Origin: Myxococcota bacterium
GTDB taxonomy: Bacteria > Myxococcota_A > UBA796 > SXON01
Length of the DNA stretch: 64,000 nucleotides
NCBI GenBank assembly: GCA_040386535.1
Contig: JAZKFH010000032.1
Location: 64,001 to 128,000 of the forward strand
Direction: 5' to 3'
Position numbers and translations under genes: made by a program. This document shows, piece by piece, positions 19,684-30,212 of this stretch (the stretch's first letter is position 1; each line of letters begins with the position of its first letter). Under the pieces are notes generated by a model. It searched no databases and was not told the DNA's origin. It was given only the letters and a program-made list of their open reading frames with translations.

Positions 19684-22073
19684 CGAGCAACGGCCTCCCC
19701 GTCCCCCGCGGACTCACTGGCCCCGACGCCGCCGCGCGGCTCGCCGAGCACGGCCCGAACGAGATCCGCCGCGAGGCCCGCACCCCTCCCTGGCGCATCC
19801 TCGCCCGGCAGTTCGCGAGCCCCATGATCGGGCTCCTCGCCGTCGCCGCCGGCGTCGCGTTCGCGCTCGGCGAGACGGTCGACGCCGTCGCGATCCTCGT
19901 CATCGTGGCGATGAACGGCCTCGTCGGCTTCTTCCAGGAGTACCAGGCGGAAAACGCCGTCCTGGCGCTGCGAGCGATGACCGCTCCGCGTGCGCGCGTC
20001 CTGCGTGACGGGCACGCCGTGGTCGTCCCCGCGCGCGAGATCGTGGTGGGCGACGTGCTCCTCCTGGAGGCCGGTGACCTCGTTGCCGCGGACGCCCACC
20101 TCGTGGAGGCGCATGCCCTCGGGGTGAACGAGGCGCCCCTCACCGGCGAGAGCGTGCCGGTCGAGAAGGACCCCACGCCGCTCCCGGAGGAGACGGCCCT
20201 CGCCGACCGCAAGGACCGCGTGTTCACCGGCACCGCCGTCGTCGCCGGCACCGGCCTGGCCGAGGTCTTCGCGACCGGCATGGACACGCAGCTCGGTCAC
20301 ATCGCCCACCTGCTGGAGACCGCCGAGGAGCAGGCGACGCCGCTCCAGGCACGGCTCGAGGTCGTCTCACGCACGCTCATCAAGCTCTGCCTCGGGATTG
20401 TCCTGCTCGTGGCCATCCTCGGCTTCGTGCGCGGGATGAGCTGGCTCGAGGTGCTCCTCTCCTCCGTCTCGCTCGCCGTGGCGGCCGTGCCCGAGGGCCT
20501 GCCCGCGGTCGTGACCATCGCGCTCGCCGTGGGCGTGCAGCGGATGGCGGCCCGGAACGTACTCGTGCGCCGCCTGCCCGCCGTGGAGACGCTCGGATCG
20601 GCTACCGTCGTGTGTACGGACAAGACGGGGACCCTGACCACCGGGCAGATGACGGTGCGCGAGCTCTGGGGGGAGAACCACCCGGCCCTGCTCTTCGCCG
20701 GAGCCGCCAACAACGACGCCGACCTTCCCGCCGGCACGGGCGACCCGACGGAGCTGGCCCTGCTCGAAGCCGCGCACGAACGGGGCGTCGAGCGCGAGGA
20801 CATCGAGCGGGAGCACCCCCGCGTGCACGTGAACCCCTTCGATTCCGAGCGGAAGCGCATGTCCATCCGGCGGGCGGACGGCGTGCTCTACGTCAAGGGC
20901 GCGCCGGACCTCACCATCCCGCTCTGCACGCACGGTACGGCGGGCGCCCTCGAAGCGAATGCGGAGATGGCCGAGCGCGGCCTGCGCGTGCTCGCGATCG
21001 CCACGGGCACGGGCGACGACGAATCCGACCTCACGCTCCTCGGCCTGGTCGGCATCGCGGATCCGCCCCGCACCGAGGCGATCGAGGCGGTGGCGAACGC
21101 GCGCGCCGCCGGCATCATGACGGTGATGATCACGGGCGACCACCCGGTGACCGCCCGGGCCATCGCCCGCGAGCTCGGAATCCTCCGGCCCGGCGAGCGC
21201 GCCGAGGAGCGCGTCCATGCGCGGGTGACCCCCGAGGAGAAGCTCCGCATCGTGCGCGCCCTGAAGGCGAAGGGCGAGGTCGTCGCGATGACGGGGGACG
21301 GCGTGAACGACGCCCCGGCGCTCCGCGAGGCGCACATCGGCATCGCCATGGGGAAAGCCGGCACCGAGGTGACGCGCGAGGCCGCCGACATGGTGCTCGC
21401 GGACGACAACTTCGCCAGCGTCATCGCGGCGGTGAGCGAGGGACGGGGGATCTTCGACAACATCCGCAAGACGCTCGTGTACCTGCTCTCCGGGAACGCC
21501 GGCGAGCTGCTCGTGATGCTCGGCGCCGCCATCGCAGGACTGCCCCTCCCACTCCTCCCGATCCAGCTCCTCTGGATCAACCTGGTGACCGACGGACTCC
21601 CGGCGCTGGCGCTGGTCGTGGATCCTACGGACGCGGACGTGCTCAAGCGTCCGCCCCGGAAGCCGGAAGAGCCGATGCTCGGCCGCCCCGAGTGGACGAC
21701 CGTGGCGTTCACCGGGCTGCTGCAGGCCGTCGTCGCGCTGGGAGTGTTCGCCTGGGTGCTGCGGGAGGAGGGGCTCGCCGAGGCCCGCAACATGGGGTTC
21801 ACGACGCTCGTGTTCGGTGAGCTGTTCCGTGCCTTCGCGGCGCGGAGCCGGACGAAGCTGTTCTGGGAAGTGGGTGCGTTCAGCAACCTTCGCCTCCTCG
21901 GGGTCGTCGTGTTCTCGGCCGCGCTCCAGATCGCCATGCACCACGTCCCCGTCGCGCAGGAGATCTTTGGGCTCACGCCCATCTCGCTTCGCGACTGCCT
22001 GCTCTCCATCGCGCTGGGGCTCATCCCCGTGAGCGTGCTGGAGCTCTCCAAGCTCTACGGGAGGCGCGCGTGA
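19680..22073 (+). CDS. P2A-like cation-transporting P-type ATPase
   Basis: ATG 19680 overlaps cusA stop; GPNE, TGES, PEGL, DKTGT, KGAP, DPPR, GDGVND, WINLVTDGLPALAL. Confidence 0.93.
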   Translation: MTSNGLPVPRGLTGPDAAARLAEHGPNEIRREARTPPWRILARQFASPMIGLLAVAAGVAFALGETVDAVAILVIVAMNGLVGFFQEYQAENAVLALRAMTAPRARVLRDGHAVVVPAREIVVGDVLLLEAGDLVAADAHLVEAHALGVNEAPLTGESVPVEKDPTPLPEETALADRKDRVFTGTAVVAGTGLAEVFATGMDTQLGHIAHLLETAEEQATPLQARLEVVSRTLIKLCLGIVLLVAILGFVRGMSWLEVLLSSVSLAVAAVPEGLPAVVTIALAVGVQRMAARNVLVRRLPAVETLGSATVVCTDKTGTLTTGQMTVRELWGENHPALLFAGAANNDADLPAGTGDPTELALLEAAHERGVEREDIEREHPRVHVNPFDSERKRMSIRRADGVLYVKGAPDLTIPLCTHGTAGALEANAEMAERGLRVLAIATGTGDDESDLTLLGLVGIADPPRTEAIEAVANARAAGIMTVMITGDHPVTARAIARELGILRPGERAEERVHARVTPEEKLRIVRALKAKGEVVAMTGDGVNDAPALREAHIGIAMGKAGTEVTREAADMVLADDNFASVIAAVSEGRGIFDNIRKTLVYLLSGNAGELLVMLGAAIAGLPLPLLPIQLLWINLVTDGLPALALVVDPTDADVLKRPPRKPEEPMLGRPEWTTVAFTGLLQAVVALGVFAWVLREEGLAEARNMGFTTLVFGELFRAFAARSRTKLFWEVGAFSNLRLLGVVVFSAALQIAMHHVPVAQEIFGLTPISLRDCLLSIALGLIPVSVLELSKLYGRRA

Positions 22074-22104
22074 ACAAGGTTCCAGGTCTGGAGGCCACCG
22101 CCTC

Positions 22105-22692
22105 ATGGACAGCGCCGTCGCCCTCGCCCAGCTCTACCTCCGCGTCAACGGGTACTTCACCGTGACCGAGTACCCCGTCGTCGAAGCCTCTCGGTGGGGC
22201 GGCACGCGCTCGCTCACCGATGTGGACATCCTCGCGTTCCGCTTCCCGGGCTCCGGCCGGCTCGTCGGCGAGCGCTTCGTCACGGACCCTGCGCTCCGCT
22301 GCCCGCCGGACCAGCCCGACATGCTCATCGGCGAGGTGAAGGAGGGCAAGGCGGATCTCAACCGCGCTGCCCGCGATCCGGCCGTGCTCGCCGCGGCGCT
22401 CGCGCGCTTCGGCTGCTGCGGCCCGGACCACGTCCGCGGCGTCGTCCGGGAGCTCCTCGCCCATGGCGAGGCGCGCACCGCGCACGGTCACGGCGTGCGC
22501 CTCGTCGCGTTCGGGGCCTCGGGAGACGTGCCGGGCGTCCTGACGGTCCACTTCGGCCACGTCATCGACTTCCTCCGGACCTACGTCCGGGAGAACTGGG
22601 AGGAGATCATGGCAGGTCGAACGAAGGATCCGGCGCTCGACTGGATCGTCATCGACGAGAAGGCACGGAGGGGTCGTGACCGGGACGAATGA
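22105..22692 (+). CDS. hypothetical protein, PD-(D/E)XK-like fold
   Basis: YLRVNGYF..EYP, TDVDILAFR, IGEVKEG. Confidence 0.7.
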   Translation: MDSAVALAQLYLRVNGYFTVTEYPVVEASRWGGTRSLTDVDILAFRFPGSGRLVGERFVTDPALRCPPDQPDMLIGEVKEGKADLNRAARDPAVLAAALARFGCCGPDHVRGVVRELLAHGEARTAHGHGVRLVAFGASGDVPGVLTVHFGHVIDFLRTYVRENWEEIMAGRTKDPALDWIVIDEKARRGRDRDE

Positions 22693-23647
22693 CACCGTAC
22701 GGGTCGCGGTCGTCGGGGCTGGCCACGTGGGCGCGACGTTCGCATTCGCGCTCCTGCTCTCCGGGCTCGCCTCCGACATCGTGCTCGTGGACGCCGACAC
22801 GGCTCGGGCCGAGGGCGAAGCCATGGACCTCGACCACGCGATCCCCTACGGTCGCCCTGCGCGGGTCCACGCCGGGGGCCTCGACGCGTGCGCGGGCGCC
22901 GACGTGGTGGTGCTCGCCGCGGGCGCGGGCCAACAGCCCGGCGAGACGCGCCTTGACCTCGCTGCGAAGAACGCCGCCATCTTCCGCGGGCTCGTCCCGG
23001 AGATCGCGCGGCATGCGCCCGAGGCGGTCCTCGTCGTCGCGACCAACCCCGTCGACGTCCTGACGCTCGGCACCCTGCGCATGTCGGGGTTCCCTCCCGC
23101 GCGGGTGATCGGCTCCGGGACGATCCTCGACACGGCCCGCCTCCGCTTCCTCCTCGGCCGCCACTTCGGCGTGGAAGCGCGGAGCGTGCACGCCCACGTG
23201 GTCGGGGAGCACGGCGACAGCGAGGTCGTCGTGTGGTCGACCGCCAACGTCGCGGGCGTTCCGCTCGACGAGCTGTGTCGCGCCGGCACGCCGGGTTCGT
23301 TCGGGGGCGCATGCGGCCCGGACGAGCGCGCGGAGATCGCCCGCCAGACGCGCGTGGCCGCGTACGAGATCATCCGTCGGAAGGGCCACACGGCCTACGC
23401 CATCGGCGCCGGCCTCGTGCGCCTCGTAGAGGCCATCGTCCGCGACCAGAAGACGGTGCTCTCGGTGTCGACGCTCCAGGAGGGCCCCTACGGGCTGTCC
23501 GGCGTGTGCCTGAGCCTCCCGACGGTCATCGGGCGAACCGGCGCCGAGCGCGTGCTCCCGCTGCCGCTCGCGCCGGACGAGCAGGCCGCCTTGCTCCGCT
23601 CGGCGGAGACCATCCGGGAGGCGGGCATCGCCGTGGGGTTCGCGTGA
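22676..23647 (+). CDS. ldh: L-lactate dehydrogenase
   Basis: GAGHVG, QQPGETRLDL, TNPVD, GSGTILDTARLR, GEHGDS. Confidence 0.92.
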   Translation: MTGTNDTVRVAVVGAGHVGATFAFALLLSGLASDIVLVDADTARAEGEAMDLDHAIPYGRPARVHAGGLDACAGADVVVLAAGAGQQPGETRLDLAAKNAAIFRGLVPEIARHAPEAVLVVATNPVDVLTLGTLRMSGFPPARVIGSGTILDTARLRFLLGRHFGVEARSVHAHVVGEHGDSEVVVWSTANVAGVPLDELCRAGTPGSFGGACGPDERAEIARQTRVAAYEIIRRKGHTAYAIGAGLVRLVEAIVRDQKTVLSVSTLQEGPYGLSGVCLSLPTVIGRTGAERVLPLPLAPDEQAALLRSAETIREAGIAVGFA

Positions 23648-24609
23648 GGATCGCCGTGCTCACGAGCGGCGGCGACGCGCCCGGGATGAACGCGGCGATC
23701 CGGGCCGTCGTCCGCACCGTGGACGGCGCGGGAGGCGAGGCAATGGGCGTCCGCCACGGCTTCGCGGGGCTCCTGGCGGCGGACTGGCTGCCCCTCGGGG
23801 CGCGGGATGTTGGCGGCATCGTCGACCGCGGTGGCACGATGCTCGGCAGCGCGCGCTGCCCTGAGTTCCGGAACACCGACGCCCAGGAGCGTGCGGCGTC
23901 CAACCTCCGCGCGGCGGGCATCGACGGCGTCGTGGTCATCGGGGGCAACGGCACCCAGACCGGAGCGAACGCGCTCGCGCGCCTAGGGTTGGCGGTGAAC
24001 GGCGTGGCCTCGACCATCGACAACGACCTCGAGGGGACGGACATCACCCTCGGCGTCGACACCGCGTTGAACGTGGCCTTGGAATCGGTGGACCGCCTGC
24101 GCACCACAGCGGCGTCGCACGACCGCGCCTTCCTCGTCGAGGTGATGGGCCGCGACTGCGGCTACCTCGCCGTCGCCACCGCGATCACCGGCGGCGCGGA
24201 GGCAGTAGTCGTGCCGGAACTCCCCACCACCCCGGACGAGCTGGCCGCCACACTCGCGGCCTCGCGCGCACGGGGGAAGCGCCACGCCATCGTGGTCATC
24301 GCCGAAGGGGTTCCCGGCGGCGCGATGGGGTTCGCGCGCGCGTTCGCGGCCCGCCCGGACCTCGGGCTCGATCTGAGAGTGACCATTCTCGGGCACGTGC
24401 TACGCGGCGCCCGGCCCAGCGCGTTCGACCGCCTTCTCGGCACGCGCCTTGGGAACGCCGCCGCCACCGCGATCCTCGAAGGGCGGCACGGAACGCTGTT
24501 CGGGCTCTCCGAGGCGACGATCCGCGCGGTGCCGCTGTCGCAGGTGGCGGGCCGCACACGTCCACTCGATCCCGCGCTCCTCCGGCTGGTGGCGGCAATG
24601 TCCCGATAG
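23644..24609 (+). CDS. pfkA: ATP-dependent 6-phosphofructokinase
   Basis: GTG 23644; TSGGDAPGMNAAIR, GGTMLGSAR, TIDND, EVMGRDCG. Confidence 0.92.
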   Translation: MRIAVLTSGGDAPGMNAAIRAVVRTVDGAGGEAMGVRHGFAGLLAADWLPLGARDVGGIVDRGGTMLGSARCPEFRNTDAQERAASNLRAAGIDGVVVIGGNGTQTGANALARLGLAVNGVASTIDNDLEGTDITLGVDTALNVALESVDRLRTTAASHDRAFLVEVMGRDCGYLAVATAITGGAEAVVVPELPTTPDELAATLAASRARGKRHAIVVIAEGVPGGAMGFARAFAARPDLGLDLRVTILGHVLRGARPSAFDRLLGTRLGNAAATAILEGRHGTLFGLSEATIRAVPLSQVAGRTRPLDPALLRLVAAMSR

Positions 24610-24632
24610 CCGTGACCGAACTCGGGGAGGAA

Positions 24633-24651
24633 TGTGACATGCGCTGTTACA
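24633..24651. promoter_or_regulatory. palindromic TGTGAC-N7-GTCACA-type site (copy 2)
   Basis: TGTGAC-ATGCGCT-GTTACA in an AT-richer intergenic region upstream of the DUF305 gene. Confidence 0.55.
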
Positions 24652-24893
24652 GTAGTAGTTGTCCCGTTACTACCAATGATAAATCGCCGACAAGGCTCGA
24701 CCGGAAAGCATGTAACGAAGTGTACCCATAAGGTGCATCCATGACAATTCGTCTATTTCGTAGTGCACGCCTGCCTTCACGGAGGCGATCGCAAGGATGA
24801 ACCAGTGTATTGGCCCATCCTACCAGCGCCGACCTCCAAACAGCGCGACCGCTCCCCAATCGTTACAGCGGCGACGCGACCCACGGAACATCC

Positions 24894-25541
24894 ATGCCGA
24901 CCTCTCCTGTCATCACCTTGATCCTCCTGTTCGCCGCCTGCGAGGGCACCTCTGCCGACCCGGCGGCCGAGCCCGCTCACCCCGCGATCCACAGCTCGAC
25001 GCCGAACGTGACGCCCGAGGCGCTGGGACCCGAAACGGCGTCGTCCGACCGGATGTTCCTCGAGATGATGGTCCCCCACCACGAGGGCGCCGTGGACATG
25101 GCCCGGATCGCCCTCGAACGCGCCGAACACCCCGAGATCAAGTCCCTCGCCGAGAGCATCATCGCCAGCCAGGAGGCCGAGGTCGCGACGATGTCGGCGT
25201 GGCGCAAGGCCTGGTTCGGCAGCAATGCGGCCCCGGCGCAGGGCGGGAGCATGGAGCATTCAGGGATGTCTGGCAACGCGGGCATGGCCGACATGACCAA
25301 GTCGATCGAGGCCCTGAAGACCGCCAAGCCTTTCGACCTCGCGTTCATCGACGCCATGATTCCGCACCACCAGGATGCGCTCCGGATGGCCGAGGATGTG
25401 CGCGCCAAGACCGAACGCCCGGAGATCAAGGAGCTCGCCGATCGGATCACCGCCGCCCAGAAGAAAGAGATCGACCAGATGCAGGAGTGGCGCAAGGCGT
25501 GGTTCCCGACGGCCGAGCCCGCCCCCGGCATGAAGCACTGA
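24894..25541 (+). CDS. DUF305 (CopM-like) lipoprotein
   Basis: Lipobox FAAC; two repeats DRMFLEMMVPHHEGA / DLAFIDAMIPHHQDA. Confidence 0.9.
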   Translation: MPTSPVITLILLFAACEGTSADPAAEPAHPAIHSSTPNVTPEALGPETASSDRMFLEMMVPHHEGAVDMARIALERAEHPEIKSLAESIIASQEAEVATMSAWRKAWFGSNAAPAQGGSMEHSGMSGNAGMADMTKSIEALKTAKPFDLAFIDAMIPHHQDALRMAEDVRAKTERPEIKELADRITAAQKKEIDQMQEWRKAWFPTAEPAPGMKH

Positions 25542-25573
25542 CCTCGCGGCCGCCCTCAATGTAGCGTCGGACC

Positions 25574-25762
25574 TCACTTCTTCGGCGGCGCGCCCAGCCT
25601 CACGACGTAGCTGCGCGGATTCTCGTCGAAGCTTCCCGCGCACACATGGGAGCAGAAGTAGTACGTGCGGGCTTGAAACTCCCGCCTGGCCGCGGCCGTG
25701 CGCGGCTCCACGTCCATCCCGCAAACGAGGTCCTTCACGGCCTCCAGCGTCTCGACGGGCAT
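25574..25762 (-). CDS. YHS-domain protein
   Basis: KDLVCGMDV...YYFCSHVC...F.ENP.SY. Confidence 0.8.
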   Translation of the reverse strand: MPVETLEAVKDLVCGMDVEPRTAAARREFQARTYYFCSHVCAGSFDENPRSYVVRLGAPPKK

Positions 25763-25822
25763 CGAGTCCCTCCTTCACGTCTGGATGCGCGCATTCCTGC
25801 CACCTGACAACCCGCGGTCCGA

Positions 25823-26146
25823 TCACTCGTGCCGGCGCAACACCTTCAGGTAGTGCACCAGCGCGTCCATTTCCTCGGCGTCGATCTTGTCCGGCCCAAA
25901 CGCAGGCATCGCCCCGAGGCCCAGCCGCGTCTGCGCCCGGATCGCGAATCCCGGCAGCGGCTTCTCGTTGAGCGACCAACCGAGGCCACCCTCTCCGAAG
26001 GGGTGGCACTGATGGCAATACTGCAGGAACACCTGCTCCCCGCGAAGGGACACCTCGTCGAGCGCGAGCGGTCCCGCGATGGGCTCGGTCCGGCGCGGCG
26101 TCAGACAACCCGCCAGCAGGACCAGGAACAGGAACAGGTGCCTCAT
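25823..26146 (-). CDS. monoheme cytochrome c lipoprotein
   Basis: Lipobox LAGC, CHQCH, GAMPAF. Confidence 0.85.
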   Translation of the reverse strand: MRHLFLFLVLLAGCLTPRRTEPIAGPLALDEVSLRGEQVFLQYCHQCHPFGEGGLGWSLNEKPLPGFAIRAQTRLGLGAMPAFGPDKIDAEEMDALVHYLKVLRRHE

Positions 26147-27567
26147 TCTGCCTTCCGCCAGATGCGCCACAACACCCCGGTCCCCGGAACCGGGACGGGC
26201 TCCGGCCCCTTCATCGTCAGGATGCCGAAGTCCACGACGTAGAGCGACTCGCCGGAGGGGTCGAACCGGGCGGCCACCGGCCGCTCAATCCCGCTGCTCT
26301 TCTGCCACGACGCCGGGCCTCGGATCCGCCCGCGATTGGTCGCGAACTCCTCGATGCGGCCCGTGTGAACGTCGACGCGGACGACGTTGAAGCCGACCGG
26401 GTGAAGGACCTTCCCCACGCCCGGCGCCATGTCGCCAAAGATGGCCACGAACGCCTCTCCGACGTGTCCGAACGCCTCCGACCGCGAGAAGTCCAGGCCG
26501 TCGGCGCTCCCGTTGACTTCGAGGATCGCGACGGGCTCTGGAGGCGTGCCCGGCCATTCCGCGAGGAGTCGGGGCGGCGTTTTTCGCAACGGGGGTCGAT
26601 ATCGCTCCGTCAGCGGCTGACCGTCCGCATGGTCCGGCCACCCGTGCCACGCGCCCGGGGCGACCTCCCAGAGCCAGTCCGCCGTTCCGAAGACGCCCCG
26701 GCTCCCACGGACGTCGTAGCCGTTGTCCGTTGCGAAGAGTCGGCCGTCCGGCGCGAACGCGACGCCAAATGGGTTCCGGAACCCCCACGCAACAACCTCC
26801 AGAGGGCCGCCGGCCAACGGAAGGCGCATCACTGCTCCGTTGCATGGCACCGCGCCCGGAACGACCTGGCCGGGGGTAGTGGGCGTACCGTAGGGCTGGT
26901 AGGCCCCGGTGCTCACCTTCTCCTTCGTGGTCGGGTCGAAGGTCTCGAAGTTCTCGCCCCGCAGGGTCACGTCCTCGCAGGGCGTGTCGTGAAACTCCGG
27001 AAACCGCTCCAGCCAGCCGATGAAGCGGTTGTCCTTCCCTACGATGCCCGCGTTCGTGGCCGTGCCCTGCCCGAAGTACAGCCACCCGTCGGGCCCGACC
27101 ACGGGGCCGTTCGTGTGGTGGTCGCCGCGCCCCGGAAGGTCCTCGGCGAGGACGGTGCGCTCGCCCCCCGCCGTGACCCGCACGATGCGGCCACCCTCCT
27201 GCTGGCCGCCTTCCGACAGGTAGAAGGCGCCGTCGTGCCACGTGGCACCAGTCCACGGCCCGTTGGCCCCGCGGATGACGGTCTGGGTTCCGCCTCCCTG
27301 CCCGACCCGGAGGATGCGCGCCTCGGTAAAGACCTCCCCGTAGGAGTACCCTGCCTCGACAACGTAGATGCCGCCTGCGTCGTCGAAGGTGACGCCGGTG
27401 GGGAACACGAGGTCTTTCGCGACGACCTCGATCCGGTAGCCCTCGGGGAGCGCCACGTCGTCGACATCGATTGTGCGTACGTCCGGGGCCTTCACTTGCC
27501 CGCCCCCGTTTGACGGGCGCAGGACAAAGCAGCCCTCAAGGACGAGAAGCGTGCTGATAAAGGGCAT
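26143..27567 (-). CDS. PQQ-dependent sugar/sorbosone dehydrogenase family beta-propeller
   Basis: GDHHTNG, GPDGWLYFGQG, WGFRNPFG, TDNGYD, GWPD. Confidence 0.85.
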   Translation of the reverse strand: MPFISTLLVLEGCFVLRPSNGGGQVKAPDVRTIDVDDVALPEGYRIEVVAKDLVFPTGVTFDDAGGIYVVEAGYSYGEVFTEARILRVGQGGGTQTVIRGANGPWTGATWHDGAFYLSEGGQQEGGRIVRVTAGGERTVLAEDLPGRGDHHTNGPVVGPDGWLYFGQGTATNAGIVGKDNRFIGWLERFPEFHDTPCEDVTLRGENFETFDPTTKEKVSTGAYQPYGTPTTPGQVVPGAVPCNGAVMRLPLAGGPLEVVAWGFRNPFGVAFAPDGRLFATDNGYDVRGSRGVFGTADWLWEVAPGAWHGWPDHADGQPLTERYRPPLRKTPPRLLAEWPGTPPEPVAILEVNGSADGLDFSRSEAFGHVGEAFVAIFGDMAPGVGKVLHPVGFNVVRVDVHTGRIEEFATNRGRIRGPASWQKSSGIERPVAARFDPSGESLYVVDFGILTMKGPEPVPVPGTGVLWRIWRKAE

Positions 27568-27734
27568 TCCTGCCTCCGGGGTTTGCGCAAGCTACGCACC
27601 TCCCGGGGACGGCAAGCGTGATCTCGACGGATACACAGTGACCGACGGAGTTCCACCGCCCGGACGCCCCAACTGTTGAAACACCGCGGTGCAAGGACAT
27701 CTCGGTCCTCCACCGGACGCGGCACGGTCCGTGC

Positions 27735-27749
27735 ATACCCCGAGGGGAT
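27735..27749. promoter_or_regulatory. possible CsoR-type operator before second copA
   Basis: ATACCCCGAGGGGAT just upstream of ATG 27763; shorter than the 9033 sites. Confidence 0.4.
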
Positions 27750-27762
27750 TCGCGGAACACCC

Positions 27763-30210
27763 ATGCCCCCGTCTCCCCCTGCGCCGACTCTCGAACGCAC
27801 CTCGGATCCCGTCTGCGGCATGCAGGTGGACCCCGCGAAAGCCGCCGCTACCGCCGAGTACGGCGGAAACACCTGGCATTTCTGCAGCAAGGGCTGCCAC
27901 GCGAAGTTCCTGGCCGATCCGGCGCGCTACGCCGGGGCAGGACACCCGGTCCGTACCGAGGCCGCGCCTTCTGGTGACCACGGAGCGCATGGACATCACG
28001 ACGTCCGAACCCCCGCTGCCGACGCGAAACGCGAGCCCCCGGCGTCGAAGGCGGGCAAGTGGACCTGCCCCATGCACTCGCAGATCGTCCGGGACGGCCC
28101 CGGGTCGTGCCCGATCTGCGGCATGGCGCTCGAGCCGATGGAGGTGACCGCCGGGGACACCGGCCCCTCGCCCGAGCTCGTGGACATGCAGCGTCGCTTC
28201 GTCGGGAGCGTGGTCCTGACCGTCCCGGTCCTGCTCCTGGTGATGTCCGAGATGCTCCCGGGCCAGCCCGTGCAGCGGTTCATCCCGGCGCAGGTGGACG
28301 CCTGGATCCAACTTGTGTTGGCAACCCCGGTCGTCCTGTGGGGCGGCTGGCCGTTCTTCGTGCGGGGCGCCGCCTCGGTGAAGAACCGTTCGCCCAACAT
28401 GTTCACGCTCATCGCGCTCGGGATCGGCGTGGCGTGGGGCTACAGCGTGTTCGCCACGTTGTTCCCGGGCGCGCTCCCCGAGGCCTTCCGGGGCCACCAC
28501 GGGCGCGTGCCGCTCTACTTCGAAGCCGCCGCGGTCATCACCACCCTCGTGCTCGTCGGGCAGGTGCTGGAGCTCCGCGCACGCAGCCAGACGAGCGACG
28601 CCATCAAGAAGCTCCTCTCGCTTGCCCCGCCGAGCGCCCGCATCGTCCGCGACGACGGGCGGGAGGAGGACGTGCCCGTCGAGCAGGTCCAGGTCGGCGA
28701 CAAGCTCCGTGTGCGTCCCGGCGAGAAGGTCCCCGTCGACGGCACCGTCCTCGAAGGGGAGAGTCACGTCGACGAGTCGATGGTCACCGGCGAGCCCCTC
28801 CCTGTGGCAAAGGGCACAGGCGATCGTGTGATAGGCGCCACCGTGAACACCGCCGGCGGGTTCCTCATGCGCGCCGAACGCGTCGGCCGCGACACCCTCC
28901 TCGCGCAGATTGTCCGGATGGTCGGCGAGGCGCAGCGCAGCCGCGCGCCCATCCAGCGGCTCGCCGACACCGTCTCCGCGTGGTTCGTACCGCTGGTGAT
29001 GCTGATCGCCCTCGCGACCTTCATCGTCTGGGCGCTGATCGGCCCCGAGCCGCGCTTCTCATACGCGCTGCTCAATGCCGTCGCCGTGCTCATCATCGCG
29101 TGTCCTTGCGCGCTCGGCCTCGCGACGCCGATGGCCATCATGGTCGGGACCGGGCGAGGGGCCACCGCGGGCGTCCTCGTCCGTGACGCCGAGGCGCTCG
29201 AGAACCTCGAGAAAGTCGACACCCTCGTCGTCGACAAGACGGGCACCCTCACCGAGGGGCGCCCGACGCTCGGTGCGGTCGAGGTTGTTTCATGGGGCGG
29301 GGGGCAGGCCCCCCGCAACGCCCCCCAGAACCCGCTGGATGTCGACACCCTCCTCCGCCTCGTCGCCAGCGTGGAGCGTGGCAGCGAGCATCCGCTCGCC
29401 ACCGCCATCGTGAAGGGCGCCGAGGCGCGGGGGCTCACGCTCGCGCCGACCCAAGGGTTCAAGTCGCTCACGGGGCGCGGCGTGGAGGGCCAGGTGGACG
29501 GACGCACCGTCCTCGCCGGCAACGCCCGCCTGATGGAGGAGCGCGGAATCGACGCCACCGCGCTCGTAGAGCGCGCCGAGGCCCTGCGGGCCGAGGGCCA
29601 GATCGCGATGCTCGTCGCCATCGACGGCCTTCCCGCCGGCGTCGTCGCGGTCACCGACCCAATCAAGGAGTCGACGCCCGACACGATCCGGATGCTCCGC
29701 GCGGAGGGGCTGCGCGTCGTCATGCTCACCGGTGACAGCCGCACCACCGCCCTCGCGGTCGCGCGCAAGCTCGGCATCGACGAGGTCGAAGCCGAGGTGC
29801 TCCCCGAGCAGAAGGCCGAGGTGATCCGCCGCTTGAAGGCCGAGGGCCGCGTGGTGGCGATGGCGGGAGACGGCATCAACGACGCCCCCGCGCTCGCATC
29901 GGCGGACGTCGGCATCGCGATGGGAACGGGGACGGACGTCGCGATGGAGAGCGCCGGCGTGACGTTGGTGAAGGGCGACCTGCGCGGCATCGTCCGGGCC
30001 CGGCGGCTCTCGCGCGCGACGATGCGCGGCATCCGTCAGAACCTCGTGTTCGCCTTCGGCTACAACGCGCTCGGCGTGCCGATCGCGGCGGGGCTGCTCT
30101 TCCCCATCTTCGGCTGGCTGCTCTCGCCGATGATCGCCAGCGCGGCGATGAGTTTGAGCTCGGTGTCCGTGATCGCCAACTCGCTTCGGCTGCGCCGCGT
30201 CGAGCTCTGA
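27763..30210 (+). CDS. copA: Cu(I)-type P1B-1 ATPase with N-terminal YHS and HMBD domains
   Basis: [44 protein letters not shown]. Confidence 0.95.
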   Translation: MPPSPPAPTLERTSDPVCGMQVDPAKAAATAEYGGNTWHFCSKGCHAKFLADPARYAGAGHPVRTEAAPSGDHGAHGHHDVRTPAADAKREPPASKAGKWTCPMHSQIVRDGPGSCPICGMALEPMEVTAGDTGPSPELVDMQRRFVGSVVLTVPVLLLVMSEMLPGQPVQRFIPAQVDAWIQLVLATPVVLWGGWPFFVRGAASVKNRSPNMFTLIALGIGVAWGYSVFATLFPGALPEAFRGHHGRVPLYFEAAAVITTLVLVGQVLELRARSQTSDAIKKLLSLAPPSARIVRDDGREEDVPVEQVQVGDKLRVRPGEKVPVDGTVLEGESHVDESMVTGEPLPVAKGTGDRVIGATVNTAGGFLMRAERVGRDTLLAQIVRMVGEAQRSRAPIQRLADTVSAWFVPLVMLIALATFIVWALIGPEPRFSYALLNAVAVLIIACPCALGLATPMAIMVGTGRGATAGVLVRDAEALENLEKVDTLVVDKTGTLTEGRPTLGAVEVVSWGGGQAPRNAPQNPLDVDTLLRLVASVERGSEHPLATAIVKGAEARGLTLAPTQGFKSLTGRGVEGQVDGRTVLAGNARLMEERGIDATALVERAEALRAEGQIAMLVAIDGLPAGVVAVTDPIKESTPDTIRMLRAEGLRVVMLTGDSRTTALAVARKLGIDEVEAEVLPEQKAEVIRRLKAEGRVVAMAGDGINDAPALASADVGIAMGTGTDVAMESAGVTLVKGDLRGIVRARRLSRATMRGIRQNLVFAFGYNALGVPIAAGLLFPIFGWLLSPMIASAAMSLSSVSVIANSLRLRRVEL

Positions 30211-30212
30211 CC

